Source of the DNA: Candidatus Rokuibacteriota bacterium
Lineage (GTDB): Bacteria > Methylomirabilota > Methylomirabilia > Rokubacteriales > CSP1-6
Assembly (NCBI GenBank): GCA_003220675.1
Contig: QHTD01000055.1
Coordinates: 18,722 to 82,721, forward strand
Length of the DNA: 64,000 bases
Reading direction: 5' to 3'
A program made the position numbers and the translations under genes. Below, in pieces: positions 10,085-19,798 of this stretch (position 1 is the first letter of the stretch; each line of letters opens with the position of its first letter). Under the pieces are notes generated by a model. It was not told the origin of the DNA. It did not search any database and saw only the letters and a program-made list of their open reading frames with translations.

Positions 10085-10560
10085 GCGGCGACTTCCACGC
10101 TCGCGACCGCCATCGCGGCGATGCCCTCGCGCCGTCCGAGGAGCCCGAGGCCCTCGGGGCTCTTGGCCTTCACGCTCACACGGTCCGCGTCGAGCCCCAG
10201 CGTCTCGGCCAGCCGCTTGGCCATCTCGTCGAGGTGCGGCGCGAGCCGCGGCGCCTCGGCGAGCACCGTCGCGTCCACGTTGACGAGTCGCCCGCCGCGC
10301 GACGTCACGAACGCGACGACGTGCTGGAGCAGCGCCAGGCTCGAGATCCCGCGGTAGCGGGAGTCGCTGTCGGGAAAGTGGCGGCCGAGGTCGCCAAGCG
10401 CGAGCGCCCCCAGAAGCGCCTCCGCGATCGCGTGCGCCAGCACGTCGGCGTCGGAATGGCCGCCGAGGCCCCGAGCGCTCGGCACCGTCACACCGCCGAG
10501 GACGAGCGGCCGGCCGTCCACGAGCGGATGGAGATCGAACCCCAGGCCGACGCGCGTCAC
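10081..10560 (-). CDS. ispF: 2-C-methyl-D-erythritol 2,4-cyclodiphosphate synthase
   Basis: [45 protein letters not shown]... is the IspF signature. The GTG start overlaps the ispD stop. Confidence 0.93.
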   Translation of the reverse strand: MTRVGLGFDLHPLVDGRPLVLGGVTVPSARGLGGHSDADVLAHAIAEALLGALALGDLGRHFPDSDSRYRGISSLALLQHVVAFVTSRGGRLVNVDATVLAEAPRLAPHLDEMAKRLAETLGLDADRVSVKAKSPEGLGLLGRREGIAAMAVASVEVAA

Positions 10561-11237
10561 CGGCCCGCCAGGGCGCGCGCCCGCCGGAGATCCTCGGGCG
10601 TGGTGATTTTGACGTTCTCCGCGAGCCCGCGCACCACCCGTACCGGGTGGCCGAGGCGCTCGACGAGCATCGCGTCGTCGGTGCCGACGACGCCGTCGCG
10701 CCGCGCCTTCTCGTGCGCCTCGCGCAGGAGATCGACGCGGAACGCCTGCGGCGTCTGCACCGCCCAGAGCTCCGAGCGGTCGAGCGTCGCCTCCACCCGC
10801 TCGGCACGCACCCGCTTGACCGTCTCCGTGATCGGCAGCGCGCAGATCGCCGCGCCCTCCTCGACGGCAGCGCGCACGGCGGCGTCGATGAGGCGCCGCG
10901 TGATCAGCGGGCGGACCGCGTCGTGCACCACGACGATCTCCACGTCCTCGGGCGCGGCCTGCAGCGCAAGCCACACCGAGTCCTGGCGCGTGCGCCCGCC
11001 GACGACGACGGTGAGGCGCGTGTGCTTCGCCACGGGCCCGAGGATCCGCCGCGCGCGCGCCGCCCAGGGCTCGGGCACGGCGACGACGACGGCGCGCACC
11101 GCCGGGTGGTGGGCGAAGTGGTGCACGGTCGCGGCCAGGATCGGCATCGTCCCCAGGCGCAGGAACTGCTTGGGCGTACGGGCGCCGAAGCGCGTGCCGA
11201 CACCGCCCGCGGGGACGAGCGCGGCCACCTTAGGCAT
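10557..11237 (-). CDS. ispD: 2-C-methyl-D-erythritol 4-phosphate cytidylyltransferase
   Basis: 226-aa [26 protein letters not shown]...[10 protein letters not shown]... is IspD. Confidence 0.9.
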   Translation of the reverse strand: MPKVAALVPAGGVGTRFGARTPKQFLRLGTMPILAATVHHFAHHPAVRAVVVAVPEPWAARARRILGPVAKHTRLTVVVGGRTRQDSVWLALQAAPEDVEIVVVHDAVRPLITRRLIDAAVRAAVEEGAAICALPITETVKRVRAERVEATLDRSELWAVQTPQAFRVDLLREAHEKARRDGVVGTDDAMLVERLGHPVRVVRGLAENVKITTPEDLRRARALAGR

Positions 11238-12345
11238 CGCCGCGCTCCCGGGCCGCGGCGGCCGACGGCGCGTCGTCGCGCGTGCGCGTGAAGATCATCC
11301 GGCCCGCCGGCGTCTGCAACACGCTTGTCACGACCACCTCGAGCGCCTGGCCGATGGAGCGCTTACCCTGCTCGATGACGACCATCGTGCCGTCGTCGAG
11401 GTACGCGACGCCCTGACCCGGCTCCTTCCCCTCCCGCAGCACCTGGACGGTCATCGCCTCGCCGGGGATCACCATCGGCTTCACCGCGTTCGCCAGCTCG
11501 TTGACGTTCAGCACGGCCACGCCGCTCAACTCCGCCAGCTTGTTCAGGTTGTAGTCGTTCGTGACGACCTTGCCCCCGCGCGTCCGCGCCAACTCGAGGA
11601 GCTTCTCGTCTACCTCCGCGACGCCGGCGAAATCCACCTCCGCGATCTCGACCCGGAGGCCGGGCATCCGCTGGAGCCGCCCGAGCACCTCGAACCCGCG
11701 CTTGCCCCGGTTGCGCTTCAGCACGTCCGGCGAGTCGGCGATGCGCCGGAGCTCGCGCAGCACGAAGCCGGGGACGACCAGGGTGCCATCGAGGAATCCC
11801 GCCCCGCAGACGTCGGCGAGCCGGCCGTCGATGATCGCCGAGGTGTCGAGGATCTTGTCGAGCCCGCGGAGCCGGCCGGCCACGGGGAAGAGCCGCCCCG
11901 AGATCGCCGACAGATCGGCGAGCCGCCCGAGCGCCACCGCGGCGCCGACGTACGCGCCGAGCGCCGCCGCCAGCCCGACGACGGCGGCGTGCCCGCGCTC
12001 CATCAGAAGAGCCGCGACGAGGCCCAGGACCAGCCCGGCCCCGAGGCCGGTGAGCCCGCCCGCGACGCCCCAAAACAGGCGCTCGATCGGGAGCGACGCG
12101 GCGAGCACCTCGAGCAGGGCCGCGACGCCACCGGCGAGCGCGCCGACGGCGACGCCGGCCGCGACGGGCGCCCCCAGCACGCGGGCCGCCGCCCCACCGG
12201 CCGCGGCCGAGACCACCAGCACGAGCAGCCGGACGACGTTCCTGGTCAGGACGGTTGACCCGCCATCAGCCGAGGAGCGCCTCGAGCGCGCCGTTGACTG
12301 TGGCCACACCGCGGACCTCGAGGGGAAACTTCGCGCCGGCACCAA
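11230..12345 (-). CDS. Membrane-anchored PIN + TRAM domain protein (YacL-like)
   Basis: About 4 N-terminal TM helices, a PIN motif ([16 protein letters not shown]...[11 protein letters not shown]) and a C-terminal TRAM-like beta domain. The start is uncertain: ATG 12345 or GTG 12309, and both overlap radA. Confidence 0.8.
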   Translation of the reverse strand: MVPARSFPSRSAVWPQSTARSRRSSADGGSTVLTRNVVRLLVLVVSAAAGGAAARVLGAPVAAGVAVGALAGGVAALLEVLAASLPIERLFWGVAGGLTGLGAGLVLGLVAALLMERGHAAVVGLAAALGAYVGAAVALGRLADLSAISGRLFPVAGRLRGLDKILDTSAIIDGRLADVCGAGFLDGTLVVPGFVLRELRRIADSPDVLKRNRGKRGFEVLGRLQRMPGLRVEIAEVDFAGVAEVDEKLLELARTRGGKVVTNDYNLNKLAELSGVAVLNVNELANAVKPMVIPGEAMTVQVLREGKEPGQGVAYLDDGTMVVIEQGKRSIGQALEVVVTSVLQTPAGRMIFTRTRDDAPSAAAARERGDA

Positions 12346-13633
12346 CGCCGCTCTTCGGCACGACGCAGCGCCGGAAGCCGAGCGCGGCCGCTTCCTTCAG
12401 CCTGATGTCGAGCCCCGTCACCGCGCGCACCTCGCCCGTGAGCCCGACCTCGCCCAGCACGACGACGTCGCCCGGCACCGGCCGGTCGAGGTAGCTCGAC
12501 GCGGCGGCCAGGACGATGCCGAGATCCGCCGCCGGCTCCGTCACGCGGCCGCCGCCCGCGACGTTGACGAACACGTCCTGGCTCGCGAGCGGCATGCCGA
12601 CACGCTTCTCGAGCACCGCGAGCAGAAGGCAGACCCGGTTGTAGTCGGCGCCGAGCACCGTCCGCCGCGGCGTGCCGAAGGACGCGCGCGCGACGAGCGC
12701 CTGGAGCTCGAGCAGCAGCGGGCGCGTGCCTTCGAGGCTCGAGACGATGACCGAGCCCGGCGCGTCGCCGGGCCGCTCGGCGAGGAAGAACTCCGACGGG
12801 TTCGTCACCTCCGCCAGCCCTCCCTCGCCCATCTGGAAAACGCCGATCTCGTTGGTGGAGCCGAAGCGGTTCTTCACCGCCCGGAGCACGCGGTAGGCGT
12901 GGTGGCTCTCGCCCTCCAAGTAGAGGACGGTGTCCACGAGGTGCTCGAGGACGCGCGGTCCCGCGAGCGCCCCTTCCTTCGTCACGTGGCCGACGAGGAA
13001 CGTGGCGATCCCGAGCCCCTTGGCGAGCATCATGAGGCGGGCGCCGCACTCGCGCACCTGAGCGACGCTGCCCGGCGCGGACTCGAGCTCGGGGAGAAAG
13101 ACGGTCTGGATGGAGTCGACGACGAGCGCGCGGGGCTTCACGTCGTCGAGCTGGACCTGGACGGCAGCGAGGTCGGTCTCCGTCCAGAGGAGCAGGCCGT
13201 CCGCGGCGATCCCGAGCCGATCGGCGCGCATCTTGACCTGCGCCGCCGACTCCTCCGCCGATACGTACAGGACGGGCGGCGTGACCTGCGCGAGCGCCCG
13301 CGCGGCTTGAAGCAGCAACGTACTTTTCCCGATTCCCGGATCCCCTCCGACCAGGACGAGCGAGCCGCGAACGACGCCGCCGCCGAGGACGCGGTCGAGC
13401 TCGCCGATGCCGGTGCGGACGCGGTCGTGCGGCTCCATCGTGATGTCGCGCAGCGGCCGCGGCCGCCCCTCCGCGGCAGGCGCCCGCCAGGCGCCGCGCG
13501 CCGGCGCCGCGCGCTCCTCCACGAGCTGGATGTAGCCCGCGCCGGCCCGCAGGCAGTCGGGGCAGGTGCCGGGCTTCGGGCTCGCGTACCCGCACTGCTG
13601 GCAGCGGTAGACGCTAGCGTCGCGTGCTGTCAC
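12266..13633 (-). CDS. radA: DNA repair protein RadA (Sms)
   Basis: 455-aa ORF with an N-terminal zinc ribbon ([19 protein letters not shown]), a Walker A motif ([10 protein letters not shown]), the KNRFG motif and a Lon-like C-terminus. Confidence 0.95.
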   Translation of the reverse strand: MTARDASVYRCQQCGYASPKPGTCPDCLRAGAGYIQLVEERAAPARGAWRAPAAEGRPRPLRDITMEPHDRVRTGIGELDRVLGGGVVRGSLVLVGGDPGIGKSTLLLQAARALAQVTPPVLYVSAEESAAQVKMRADRLGIAADGLLLWTETDLAAVQVQLDDVKPRALVVDSIQTVFLPELESAPGSVAQVRECGARLMMLAKGLGIATFLVGHVTKEGALAGPRVLEHLVDTVLYLEGESHHAYRVLRAVKNRFGSTNEIGVFQMGEGGLAEVTNPSEFFLAERPGDAPGSVIVSSLEGTRPLLLELQALVARASFGTPRRTVLGADYNRVCLLLAVLEKRVGMPLASQDVFVNVAGGGRVTEPAADLGIVLAAASSYLDRPVPGDVVVLGEVGLTGEVRAVTGLDIRLKEAAALGFRRCVVPKSGVGAGAKFPLEVRGVATVNGALEALLG

Positions 13634-14804
13634 CCTTCGACTCCGCGCCCTGCTCGCCGAGGCTCCGGATGAGCGACCGGAGCAGGAAGGACCGTTCGGC
13701 GCCCTCGAGGATCGTCACGAGCCGCTCGTAGATCGTCGGGTCGGCGATGAGCGCGCCGATCGTCCCCTCGCCGTCCTTGACCTTCTCGCTGATCGCCTTG
13801 AGGTTCGTCACCGCGACCTTCAGGTCCTGCACGGCCCCACGCAAACCGCCGTCGTCCCCGTCAGCCACGAGCGCACCGAGCGCGCCGCGCCCCCCGGCGA
13901 CCCGGTTGGACACGTCGCGGAGGTTCCGCGTGACGGTCCGGAGGTTCTCGAGCGTCTCCGTATACTTCGGGTCGAAGAGGAGCGCCGGGAGCATGCCCTC
14001 CTCGGCGCCCGGACGGTCGATCAGGCGCCCGACCCGGTCCATCGCCGCCGCGAATCGCTTCGCGGCGGCGGTCCCGTCTGGCGAGAGGAGCACGCCCGCG
14101 GCGCCCTGGCCCTCGGCCACGCGATCGACGAGCTTCTGCGTCGTCGTGACCGCCTCGTTCAAGCGCTTGAGCGCCACCGGCTCCTCGAACAAGAGGGCGT
14201 GAGCCCAGCCACGCCCGTGCTCGACTTGATCGACGACGCGGCTGATCTTGTTGACCGTCGTCGAGACTTCCGCGACGAGCTTCGCCCGGTTCACATCCTC
14301 GACCGTCTTGCGAAGCGCCGCGACGAGCGCCGCGGCGTCCCTCGTCATGTCGGCGCCCTGCGTCAGCACACGGGCGAAGTCGCTCGGGTCGCGCGCGGCG
14401 AGGACCTCGCCAGGCTGGAGGGGCGGGGTCGCGGTCGTTCCCACCGTGACCTCGACCACCTTGTCGCCGAGCAACCCCTGCGTCTCGATGCGCGCGATCG
14501 AATCCTTGCGGATGCGGTCGGCGTAGCGCCGGGCGATGTTGAGGTCGACCCGCACCTTGCCGCCAGGCTGGCCCGGCAGGTGCACGCCTCCGACGCGGCC
14601 GATCTGCACGCCGGCGAGCCGGACCGTCGCGCCTTCCGTGAGCCCGGCGACCTCGGTGAAGTCGGCGTGGATCGTGTAGCGCGCCTCGAAGAGCCGCGCC
14701 CGCGCGCCGAGAGCGTACACCATACCGAGGAAGGCGGCGAGCGCCACGAGGACAAATAGGCCGACGCGGAACTTCACGGCGAGCTCGCGTTGCTCCTCAC
14801 TCAT
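13614..14804 (-). CDS. mlaD: MlaD/Mce-family substrate-binding protein of an ABC lipid transporter
   Basis: 396-aa ORF with one N-terminal TM helix, then an MCE domain (YTIHADFTEVAGLTEGATVRLAGVQIGRVGGV) and a long helical C-terminal region. It follows mlaE-mlaF. Confidence 0.8.
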   Translation of the reverse strand: MSEEQRELAVKFRVGLFVLVALAAFLGMVYALGARARLFEARYTIHADFTEVAGLTEGATVRLAGVQIGRVGGVHLPGQPGGKVRVDLNIARRYADRIRKDSIARIETQGLLGDKVVEVTVGTTATPPLQPGEVLAARDPSDFARVLTQGADMTRDAAALVAALRKTVEDVNRAKLVAEVSTTVNKISRVVDQVEHGRGWAHALLFEEPVALKRLNEAVTTTQKLVDRVAEGQGAAGVLLSPDGTAAAKRFAAAMDRVGRLIDRPGAEEGMLPALLFDPKYTETLENLRTVTRNLRDVSNRVAGGRGALGALVADGDDGGLRGAVQDLKVAVTNLKAISEKVKDGEGTIGALIADPTIYERLVTILEGAERSFLLRSLIRSLGEQGAESKGDSTRR

Positions 14805-14863
14805 CGCCTCACCTCGCCTTCGGCTGCGGCTCGCACTGCCATATTCATCGCCTCACCTCGCCT
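14801..14863 (-). repeat. 19-bp direct duplication of the mlaF/mlaD junction, creating a 15-aa bridging ORF
   Basis: tcatcgcctcacctcgcct occurs at 14801-14819 and 14845-14863. The ORF at 14848..14801 reads MNMAVRAAAEGEVRR. It has its own copy of the SD, and its TGA overlaps the mlaD ATG. Confidence 0.7.
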
Positions 14864-15596
14864 CGCCGGCCAGGAAGGCCTGGACGGCGGTGTCGGTCGT
14901 CTCGAGCACCGCGGCCACCGGACCGAGCGTCGCGAACCGTCCGGCGATCAGCACCGCCACGCGATCGGCGACGGCTTTGGCGAGCTCGATGTCGTGGGTG
15001 ACCACGATGGCGGTGTCGCACACGCCGGCGCGCAGCTCCCGGATCAGCTCGCCGACGAGCTTGGCGTTCGTGGGATCGAGCCCGCCGGTCGGCTCGTCGA
15101 ACAGGAGCACCTCCGGCTCGACGGAGAGCGCGCGGGCGATGCCGACGCGCTTCTTCATCCCGCCGGACAGCTCCGCCGGCCGGAGCCCGAGCACCTCGCT
15201 CCCGAGCCCCACGAGCGAGAGGTTACGCACGACCCGTTCCCGGATCTCGGCCTCCCCCAGGCTCGTGTGCTCCCGCAACGGGTACGCGACGTTTTCGTAC
15301 ACGGAGAGCGAGTCGAAGAGCGCCGCACCCTGGAACACGAAGCCCATCCGACGGCGGAACAGCAGGAGGTCCTCCTCGGAGAGACGCTCGATCGCGTGGT
15401 CGAAGACGCGGATCTGGCCCGCGTCGGGACGGATAAGGCCGGCGACCAGCCGCAGGAGCACCGTCTTCCCCGAGCCGCTGCCGCCCATCACGACGAGCGT
15501 CTCGCCCTTGGCGAGCGCGAACGAGACGCCGCGGAGCACCTCGACCGGCTCGAAGTCCTTCCACACGTCGATGGCCTCGACGATCGTCTGCGCCAC
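14853..15596 (-). CDS. mlaF: ABC transporter ATP-binding protein, MlaF-like
   Basis: 247-aa ORF with Walker A (GGSGSGKT), the ABC signature (LSGGMKKRVGIARAL) and Walker B (LLFDEPTGGLD). Confidence 0.88.
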   Translation of the reverse strand: MAQTIVEAIDVWKDFEPVEVLRGVSFALAKGETLVVMGGSGSGKTVLLRLVAGLIRPDAGQIRVFDHAIERLSEEDLLLFRRRMGFVFQGAALFDSLSVYENVAYPLREHTSLGEAEIRERVVRNLSLVGLGSEVLGLRPAELSGGMKKRVGIARALSVEPEVLLFDEPTGGLDPTNAKLVGELIRELRAGVCDTAIVVTHDIELAKAVADRVAVLIAGRFATLGPVAAVLETTDTAVQAFLAGEAR

Positions 15597-15602
15597 AGGG
15601 CC

Positions 15603-16364
15603 TCAGTAGAAGAGCGTCAGGAACAGCTTGGTGAGGAAGAAGTCGGAGACGATGACGCCCATCGTCACGTGGACGACCGTCGCCGTCGTCGCGCGCCCGA
15701 GCCCCTCGGTGCCGCCCTCGGTGGAGAGCCCGTTGTAGCAGCCGATCAGCGTCACGATCGCGCCGAAGAAGACCGACTTCCCAACGCCCGTGAAGAAGTC
15801 CTTCGGCACCACCCAGTACGTGGTCGTGTTCCAGTAGGCGTAGAGGTCCGCGCCGCGCTCGACGGACATGATCACCATGCCGCCCAGGACGCCGACCGCG
15901 TCGGTGAGGACGGTGAGCAGCGGGAAGACGACGAGCGACGCGAGCACGCGCGGGACCACGAGGCGCTTGACGTAGTTCACGCCGAGCGTCCTGAGCGCGT
16001 CGATCTGCTCCGTGACCCTCATCGAGCCGAGCTCCGCCGTGATCCCCGAGGCGACCCTGCCACCGACGAGGATCGCGGTCAGCACCGGCCCGAGCTCCCG
16101 GAGGATCGCGAGGGCCGCGACCGGGCCCACGTAGGTCTCGGCGCCGAAGCGCGCCATGTTCACCGCGCTCTGGATCGTGAACACCATCCCCGTGAAGATC
16201 GCCGCAGTGAGCGCGACGCCGAGCGACTGCACGCCCATCGACTCGATCTCGCGGAGGATCAGCCGGAAGTACTTGGGCGGGAGCGCCAGGCTCCGCAGCA
16301 CGCGGCCCGTGAGGAGGCCGAGTCCGCCGTACCAGACGACCGTGCGCATCAGGTAGAGTTCCAC
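15603..16364 (-). CDS. mlaE: ABC transporter permease, MlaE-like
   Basis: 253-aa polytopic ORF with MlaE-type motifs (...QIDALRTLGVNYVKRLVVPRVLA...), upstream of mlaF. Confidence 0.88.
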   Translation of the reverse strand: MELYLMRTVVWYGGLGLLTGRVLRSLALPPKYFRLILREIESMGVQSLGVALTAAIFTGMVFTIQSAVNMARFGAETYVGPVAALAILRELGPVLTAILVGGRVASGITAELGSMRVTEQIDALRTLGVNYVKRLVVPRVLASLVVFPLLTVLTDAVGVLGGMVIMSVERGADLYAYWNTTTYWVVPKDFFTGVGKSVFFGAIVTLIGCYNGLSTEGGTEGLGRATTATVVHVTMGVIVSDFFLTKLFLTLFY

Positions 16365-16368
16365 CCCA

Positions 16369-16875
16369 TCACTCCGCCGCGAAGCTGTCGACCAGCCCGC
16401 GGAACGCGGCCCGCCAGGTCTCGAAGGACGCCGGCGGCGCGACCAGGGCGAAGTCGTACACGCACCGCCCGTCCTTCAGCACGTACGTCTCGACTCTCGT
16501 GAGCGCACCACCCGTGGCGAGGCGGCCGTCGAGCACAGCATGGGCGGTGCGCCGCCCGTTGACCGAGACGTCCCCCCACTCGACGATGGCACGGCTCTGA
16601 AACCCTATCAAGAGGTGTCGCGACAGCGCCTCCAGCCGCGGCGCCGGTGCCTGGCCCCCGCATGTTGCGTGGGCCAGCATCGCCGCCGGCGCCGCGTGGT
16701 GCCTGAGCTCGAGGTCCGCCCGGCTCGCGTCGACCACCGTCCACTCGGCCCCCGGGAGTCCGACGCGGTAGCCCTTGGGCGAGTGGAAGACACCGCTCTC
16801 GATCCGCCTGCCGGCGCACCCGGCAGTCACGACAACGGCCGCGAGGGCGAGCGCCACGACGCCGCGCGCTCCCAC
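16369..16875 (-). CDS. Hypothetical lipoprotein, first gene of the mla-like unit
   Basis: 168-aa ORF with a lipobox-type signal (ALALAAVVVTAGC). I recognise no other motif. A 4-nt gap separates it from mlaE. Confidence 0.6.
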   Translation of the reverse strand: MGARGVVALALAAVVVTAGCAGRRIESGVFHSPKGYRVGLPGAEWTVVDASRADLELRHHAAPAAMLAHATCGGQAPAPRLEALSRHLLIGFQSRAIVEWGDVSVNGRRTAHAVLDGRLATGGALTRVETYVLKDGRCVYDFALVAPPASFETWRAAFRGLVDSFAAE

Positions 16876-16881
16876 CGTCCC

Positions 16882-17532
16882 CTAACGGTCCGGCGTGGTC
16901 CGCTCCGCGTGCCGCCGCGCGAGTTCCTCGACCACCTCGCGGAACGGGATCGCCCGGGCGCCGAGCAGGACCAGCGTGTGGAACCAGAGATCGGCCGCCT
17001 CCTCGATCAGACGCCGATCGCCCTCACCCCCGAGCGCCGCGGTGATGACCTCGGTCGCCTCCTCGCCGATCTTGCGGCAGATTGCCGCCTCGCCCGCCGC
17101 GAGGAGCCCGGCGACGTACGAGCCCGACGGCGGGTTCGTCTTCCGCGTCTCGATCGTCCGCTCGAGCCGCTCGAGCATGTTCGCGGGCGGCTGTGACCCG
17201 GGCGGGCCTCCGCCCGCCTGGAGGGTCGTGAAGAAGCAGGTACGCTGCCCCGTGTGACACGCGACGCCCTCCTGGTGGACCTGCACGAGCAGCGCGTCCG
17301 CGTCGCAGTCGGCGTAGACGGCCTGGACGTGCTGGGTGTGGCCGGAGGTCTCGCCCTTGCGCCACGGGACGCCGCGCGAGCGCGACCAGAAGTGGGTCAC
17401 GCCGCTCGCGAGCGTCTTCTCCACCGCCGGCCGGTCCATCCAGGCCACCATCAGGAGCTCGCCCGTGTCCGCCTCCTGGACCACGGTGGGGATCAGGCCC
17501 TGCGCGTCGAACGTGAGCTCCTCGACCCTCAT
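16882..17532 (-). CDS. hisIE: Bifunctional phosphoribosyl-AMP cyclohydrolase / phosphoribosyl-ATP pyrophosphatase
   Basis: [32 protein letters not shown]...CHTGQRTCF (HisI) followed by ...[24 protein letters not shown]...LWFHTLVLL (HisE). ATGA overlap with hisF. Confidence 0.93.
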   Translation of the reverse strand: MRVEELTFDAQGLIPTVVQEADTGELLMVAWMDRPAVEKTLASGVTHFWSRSRGVPWRKGETSGHTQHVQAVYADCDADALLVQVHQEGVACHTGQRTCFFTTLQAGGGPPGSQPPANMLERLERTIETRKTNPPSGSYVAGLLAAGEAAICRKIGEEATEVITAALGGEGDRRLIEEAADLWFHTLVLLGARAIPFREVVEELARRHAERTTPDR

Positions 17533-18302
17533 GGCTCGCACCGCACCTCGACGCCGCGCGCCCCGAGATAGGCCTTGGCCTCCGCGATGGTGTGGAGGCC
17601 GAAGTGGAAGATGGACGCCGCCAGCACCGCGTCGGCGCGTCCCTCGACGAGCCCCTCGTAGAGGTGCTCGAGCGAGCCGGCGCCGCCAGAGGCGATCACG
17701 GGCACCGAGACCGCGTCGGAGACGGCGCGCGTGAGCTCGAGGTCGTAGCCGTCCTTGGTGCCGTCGCGATCCATGCTCGTGAGGAGGATCTCGCCCGCGC
17801 CGAGCGTGACCACCTCGCGCGCCCACGCGACCGCGTCGCGCCCCGCGGGACGCCGGCCGCCATGGGTGTAAACACCCCAGCGCTGCCGCGTTCCCCGGCC
17901 CTCACGACGCGCGTCGATGGCGACCACGATGCACTGGCTCCCGAAGCGCTCGGCCGCCTCGCGGACGAGCGCGGGGCGCTCGAGCGCGGCGGTGTTCAGC
18001 GAGACCTTGTCGGCCCCCGCCCGCAGGAGCCGTCGCACGTCGTCGATCGAGCGGATGCCGCCGCCGACGGTCAGCGGCATGTAGATGCCCTCGGCGGTGC
18101 GGCGCGCGACGTCGAGCATGATCTCGCGCGCCTCGTGCGAGGCGGTGATATCGAGGAAGACGAGCTCGTCGGCGCCCTGCGCGTCGTACGCGAGCGCGGC
18201 CTCGACCGGGTCGCCCGCGTCGCGCAGGTCCACGAAGCGGACACCCTTGACGACCCGGCCGTCCTTGACGTCGAGGCACGGGATGACGCGCTTGGCTAAC
18301 AT
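17529..18302 (-). CDS. hisF: Imidazole glycerol phosphate synthase cyclase subunit
   Basis: 257-aa [37 protein letters not shown]... is HisF. Confidence 0.96.
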   Translation of the reverse strand: MLAKRVIPCLDVKDGRVVKGVRFVDLRDAGDPVEAALAYDAQGADELVFLDITASHEAREIMLDVARRTAEGIYMPLTVGGGIRSIDDVRRLLRAGADKVSLNTAALERPALVREAAERFGSQCIVVAIDARREGRGTRQRWGVYTHGGRRPAGRDAVAWAREVVTLGAGEILLTSMDRDGTKDGYDLELTRAVSDAVSVPVIASGGAGSLEHLYEGLVEGRADAVLAASIFHFGLHTIAEAKAYLGARGVEVRCEP

Positions 18303-18437
18303 TTATTGTAACGGGGTCCGCGAGGCCGCCACACTCCGGGGGTGGCCTGATCCAGGCGCGACCCGGCTCCCTTCCTCTCCCGCCCTCACGCCGGGCATCC
18401 GCGAGGCCGCCCCACTCCCCAACGCCCTTTGCGTCAT
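18303..18437 (-). CDS. hypothetical 44-aa junction-bridging ORF (hisA/hisF spacer)
   Basis: The ATG overlaps the hisA TGA (ATGA at 18437-18434). Reads [44 protein letters not shown]. Its TAA at 18305-18303 directly abuts the hisF ATG. Confidence 0.3.
   Translation of the reverse strand: MTQRALGSGAASRMPGVRAGEEGSRVAPGSGHPRSVAASRTPLQ
18313..18428 (-). repeat. Junction repeat family copy (H-C-H) filling the hisA-hisF spacer
   Basis: The plus strand reads ggggtccgcgaggccgccacactccgggggtggcctga ... cggctcccttcc ... gcgaggccgccccac. This is the same module order as 4077-4282, 21715-21830 and 51908-52015. Confidence 0.7.
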
Positions 18438-19156
18438 TTGGCCAGCTCCCGCAGGGCCTCGGTGAGATCGATCGCGCCGGTGTAGAGGGCGTGCCCCACC
18501 ACGCAGCCCTCCACGCCAGGCACCTCGGCGAGCCGTCGCAAGTCGTCAAGGCGCGCCACGCCGCCAGACGCGAGGACTGGCACGGCGACCGCGCGGGCGA
18601 GCCTCGCGGTCTCGTCCACGTTGGGCCCGATCCCGGTGCCGTCGCGGGTCACGTCCGTGTACAGGAGCGCAGCCGCTGCCGCGTTGCGGGCTCGCGTCCC
18701 TACATCGATCACGGTCTCGCTCGTGACCTCGGTCCAGCCACGGACCGCGACGCGCGACCCCCGCCCGTCCACGGCGACGATCACCCGTGCCGGCCAAGTC
18801 CGGCAGACCTCGCGGAGGAACTCCGGATCCAGCGCGGCTCGCGTCCCCACGATGGCCCAGCGCGCGCCGGTCTCGAGCGCCAGCCCGACCGCCTCGAGAT
18901 CGCGCAGGCCGCCGCCCATCTGCACGGGGACTGGGGAGACCGCCGCCACGATCTTGGCGACGAGCGCGGTCTGGCGCGGCTCGCCGGCGAACGCGCCGTC
19001 GAGATCCACGACGTGGAGCCGCCCTGCGCCGAGCCTCGTCCAGGACACGGCCGTCGCGACCGGATCCTCGGAAAAGACGGTCTCCTGGTCGCTTCGGCCC
19101 TGACGGAGCCGCACGCAGCGCCCGTCGCGGAGGTCGATGGCGGGAATGACGATCAC
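18434..19156 (-). CDS. hisA: ProFAR isomerase (1-(5-phosphoribosyl)-5-[(5-phosphoribosylamino)methylideneamino]imidazole-4-carboxamide isomerase)
   Basis: [33 protein letters not shown]... is HisA. The GTG at 19156 overlaps the hisH stop (GTGA). Confidence 0.93.
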   Translation of the reverse strand: MIVIPAIDLRDGRCVRLRQGRSDQETVFSEDPVATAVSWTRLGAGRLHVVDLDGAFAGEPRQTALVAKIVAAVSPVPVQMGGGLRDLEAVGLALETGARWAIVGTRAALDPEFLREVCRTWPARVIVAVDGRGSRVAVRGWTEVTSETVIDVGTRARNAAAAALLYTDVTRDGTGIGPNVDETARLARAVAVPVLASGGVARLDDLRRLAEVPGVEGCVVGHALYTGAIDLTEALRELAK

Positions 19157-19794
19157 CGGGCGCCACCCTTCACGATCGCCGCGAAGTTCTCGAGCAGCCG
19201 GAGCCCCCAGCGCTGGCTCTTCTCCGGGTGGAACTGGGTCGCGTAGATCCGCCCCTGCTCGATCGCCGCGGCGAATGTGACCCCGTAATCGCACCACGCC
19301 GCGCGAAGGATCGGGCGACCCGGAGCCGGGCTCGCGGCCCCCGCGACAACGGGGTAATAGGAGTGGACGAAGTAAAAGCTGGCCCCCGGCGGGATCCCCT
19401 CGAAGAGGCGCAGGTCGCCCGCGTGGCGGACGCGGTTCCAGCCCATGTGCGGGACTTTCCGGCCCGGCGGGAACCTCTGCACCAGACCCGGGATCACGTC
19501 GAGGCCGCGCCCCTCGCCGAACTCCTCGCTCGTCGAGAACAGGAGCTGGTAGCCCAGACAGATGCCGAGAAAGGGCCGGCTCCCGTCCAGCGCCCGCCCG
19601 AGCGCCGGCAGGAGCCCCAGGCGCTCGAGGTTCTCCATCGCGTCGTGGAACGCCCCGTCGCCGGGGAGCACGACGGCGTCCGCCTCGTCCACGGCCCGCG
19701 GATCCTGGGTCACGACCGCCGGGATGCCGACGCGGGCGAACGCCTTCTCGACGGAGCCGAGGTTGCCCCGACCGTAGTCGACGACGGCGATCAT
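19153..19794 (-). CDS. hisH: Imidazole glycerol phosphate synthase glutaminase subunit
   Basis: MIAVVDYGRGNLGSVEKAF...FLGICLGYQLLF...THSYY-like motifs. I place the start at the ATG at 19794. Confidence 0.95.
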   Translation of the reverse strand: MIAVVDYGRGNLGSVEKAFARVGIPAVVTQDPRAVDEADAVVLPGDGAFHDAMENLERLGLLPALGRALDGSRPFLGICLGYQLLFSTSEEFGEGRGLDVIPGLVQRFPPGRKVPHMGWNRVRHAGDLRLFEGIPPGASFYFVHSYYPVVAGAASPAPGRPILRAAWCDYGVTFAAAIEQGRIYATQFHPEKSQRWGLRLLENFAAIVKGGAR

Positions 19795-19798
19795 AGGC

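Noticed and set aside
7771-14863. A shared ~30-nt sequence next to tRNA-Thr and at the mlaF/mlaD junction, considered as attL/attR of an integrated element.
   Set aside because: The intervening 7 kb is purely housekeeping (rlmB, cysS, ispDF, radA, mlaD) with conserved synteny. There is no integrase. The repeat does not include the tRNA 3' half.
18305-18310. TACAAT directly upstream of hisF (and CTACAAT upstream of rplW) as -10 promoter boxes.
   Set aside because: They end 0-4 nt from the start codons, too close for a transcription start. They are the conserved terminus of the repeat element, encoding Leu-Gln-stop.
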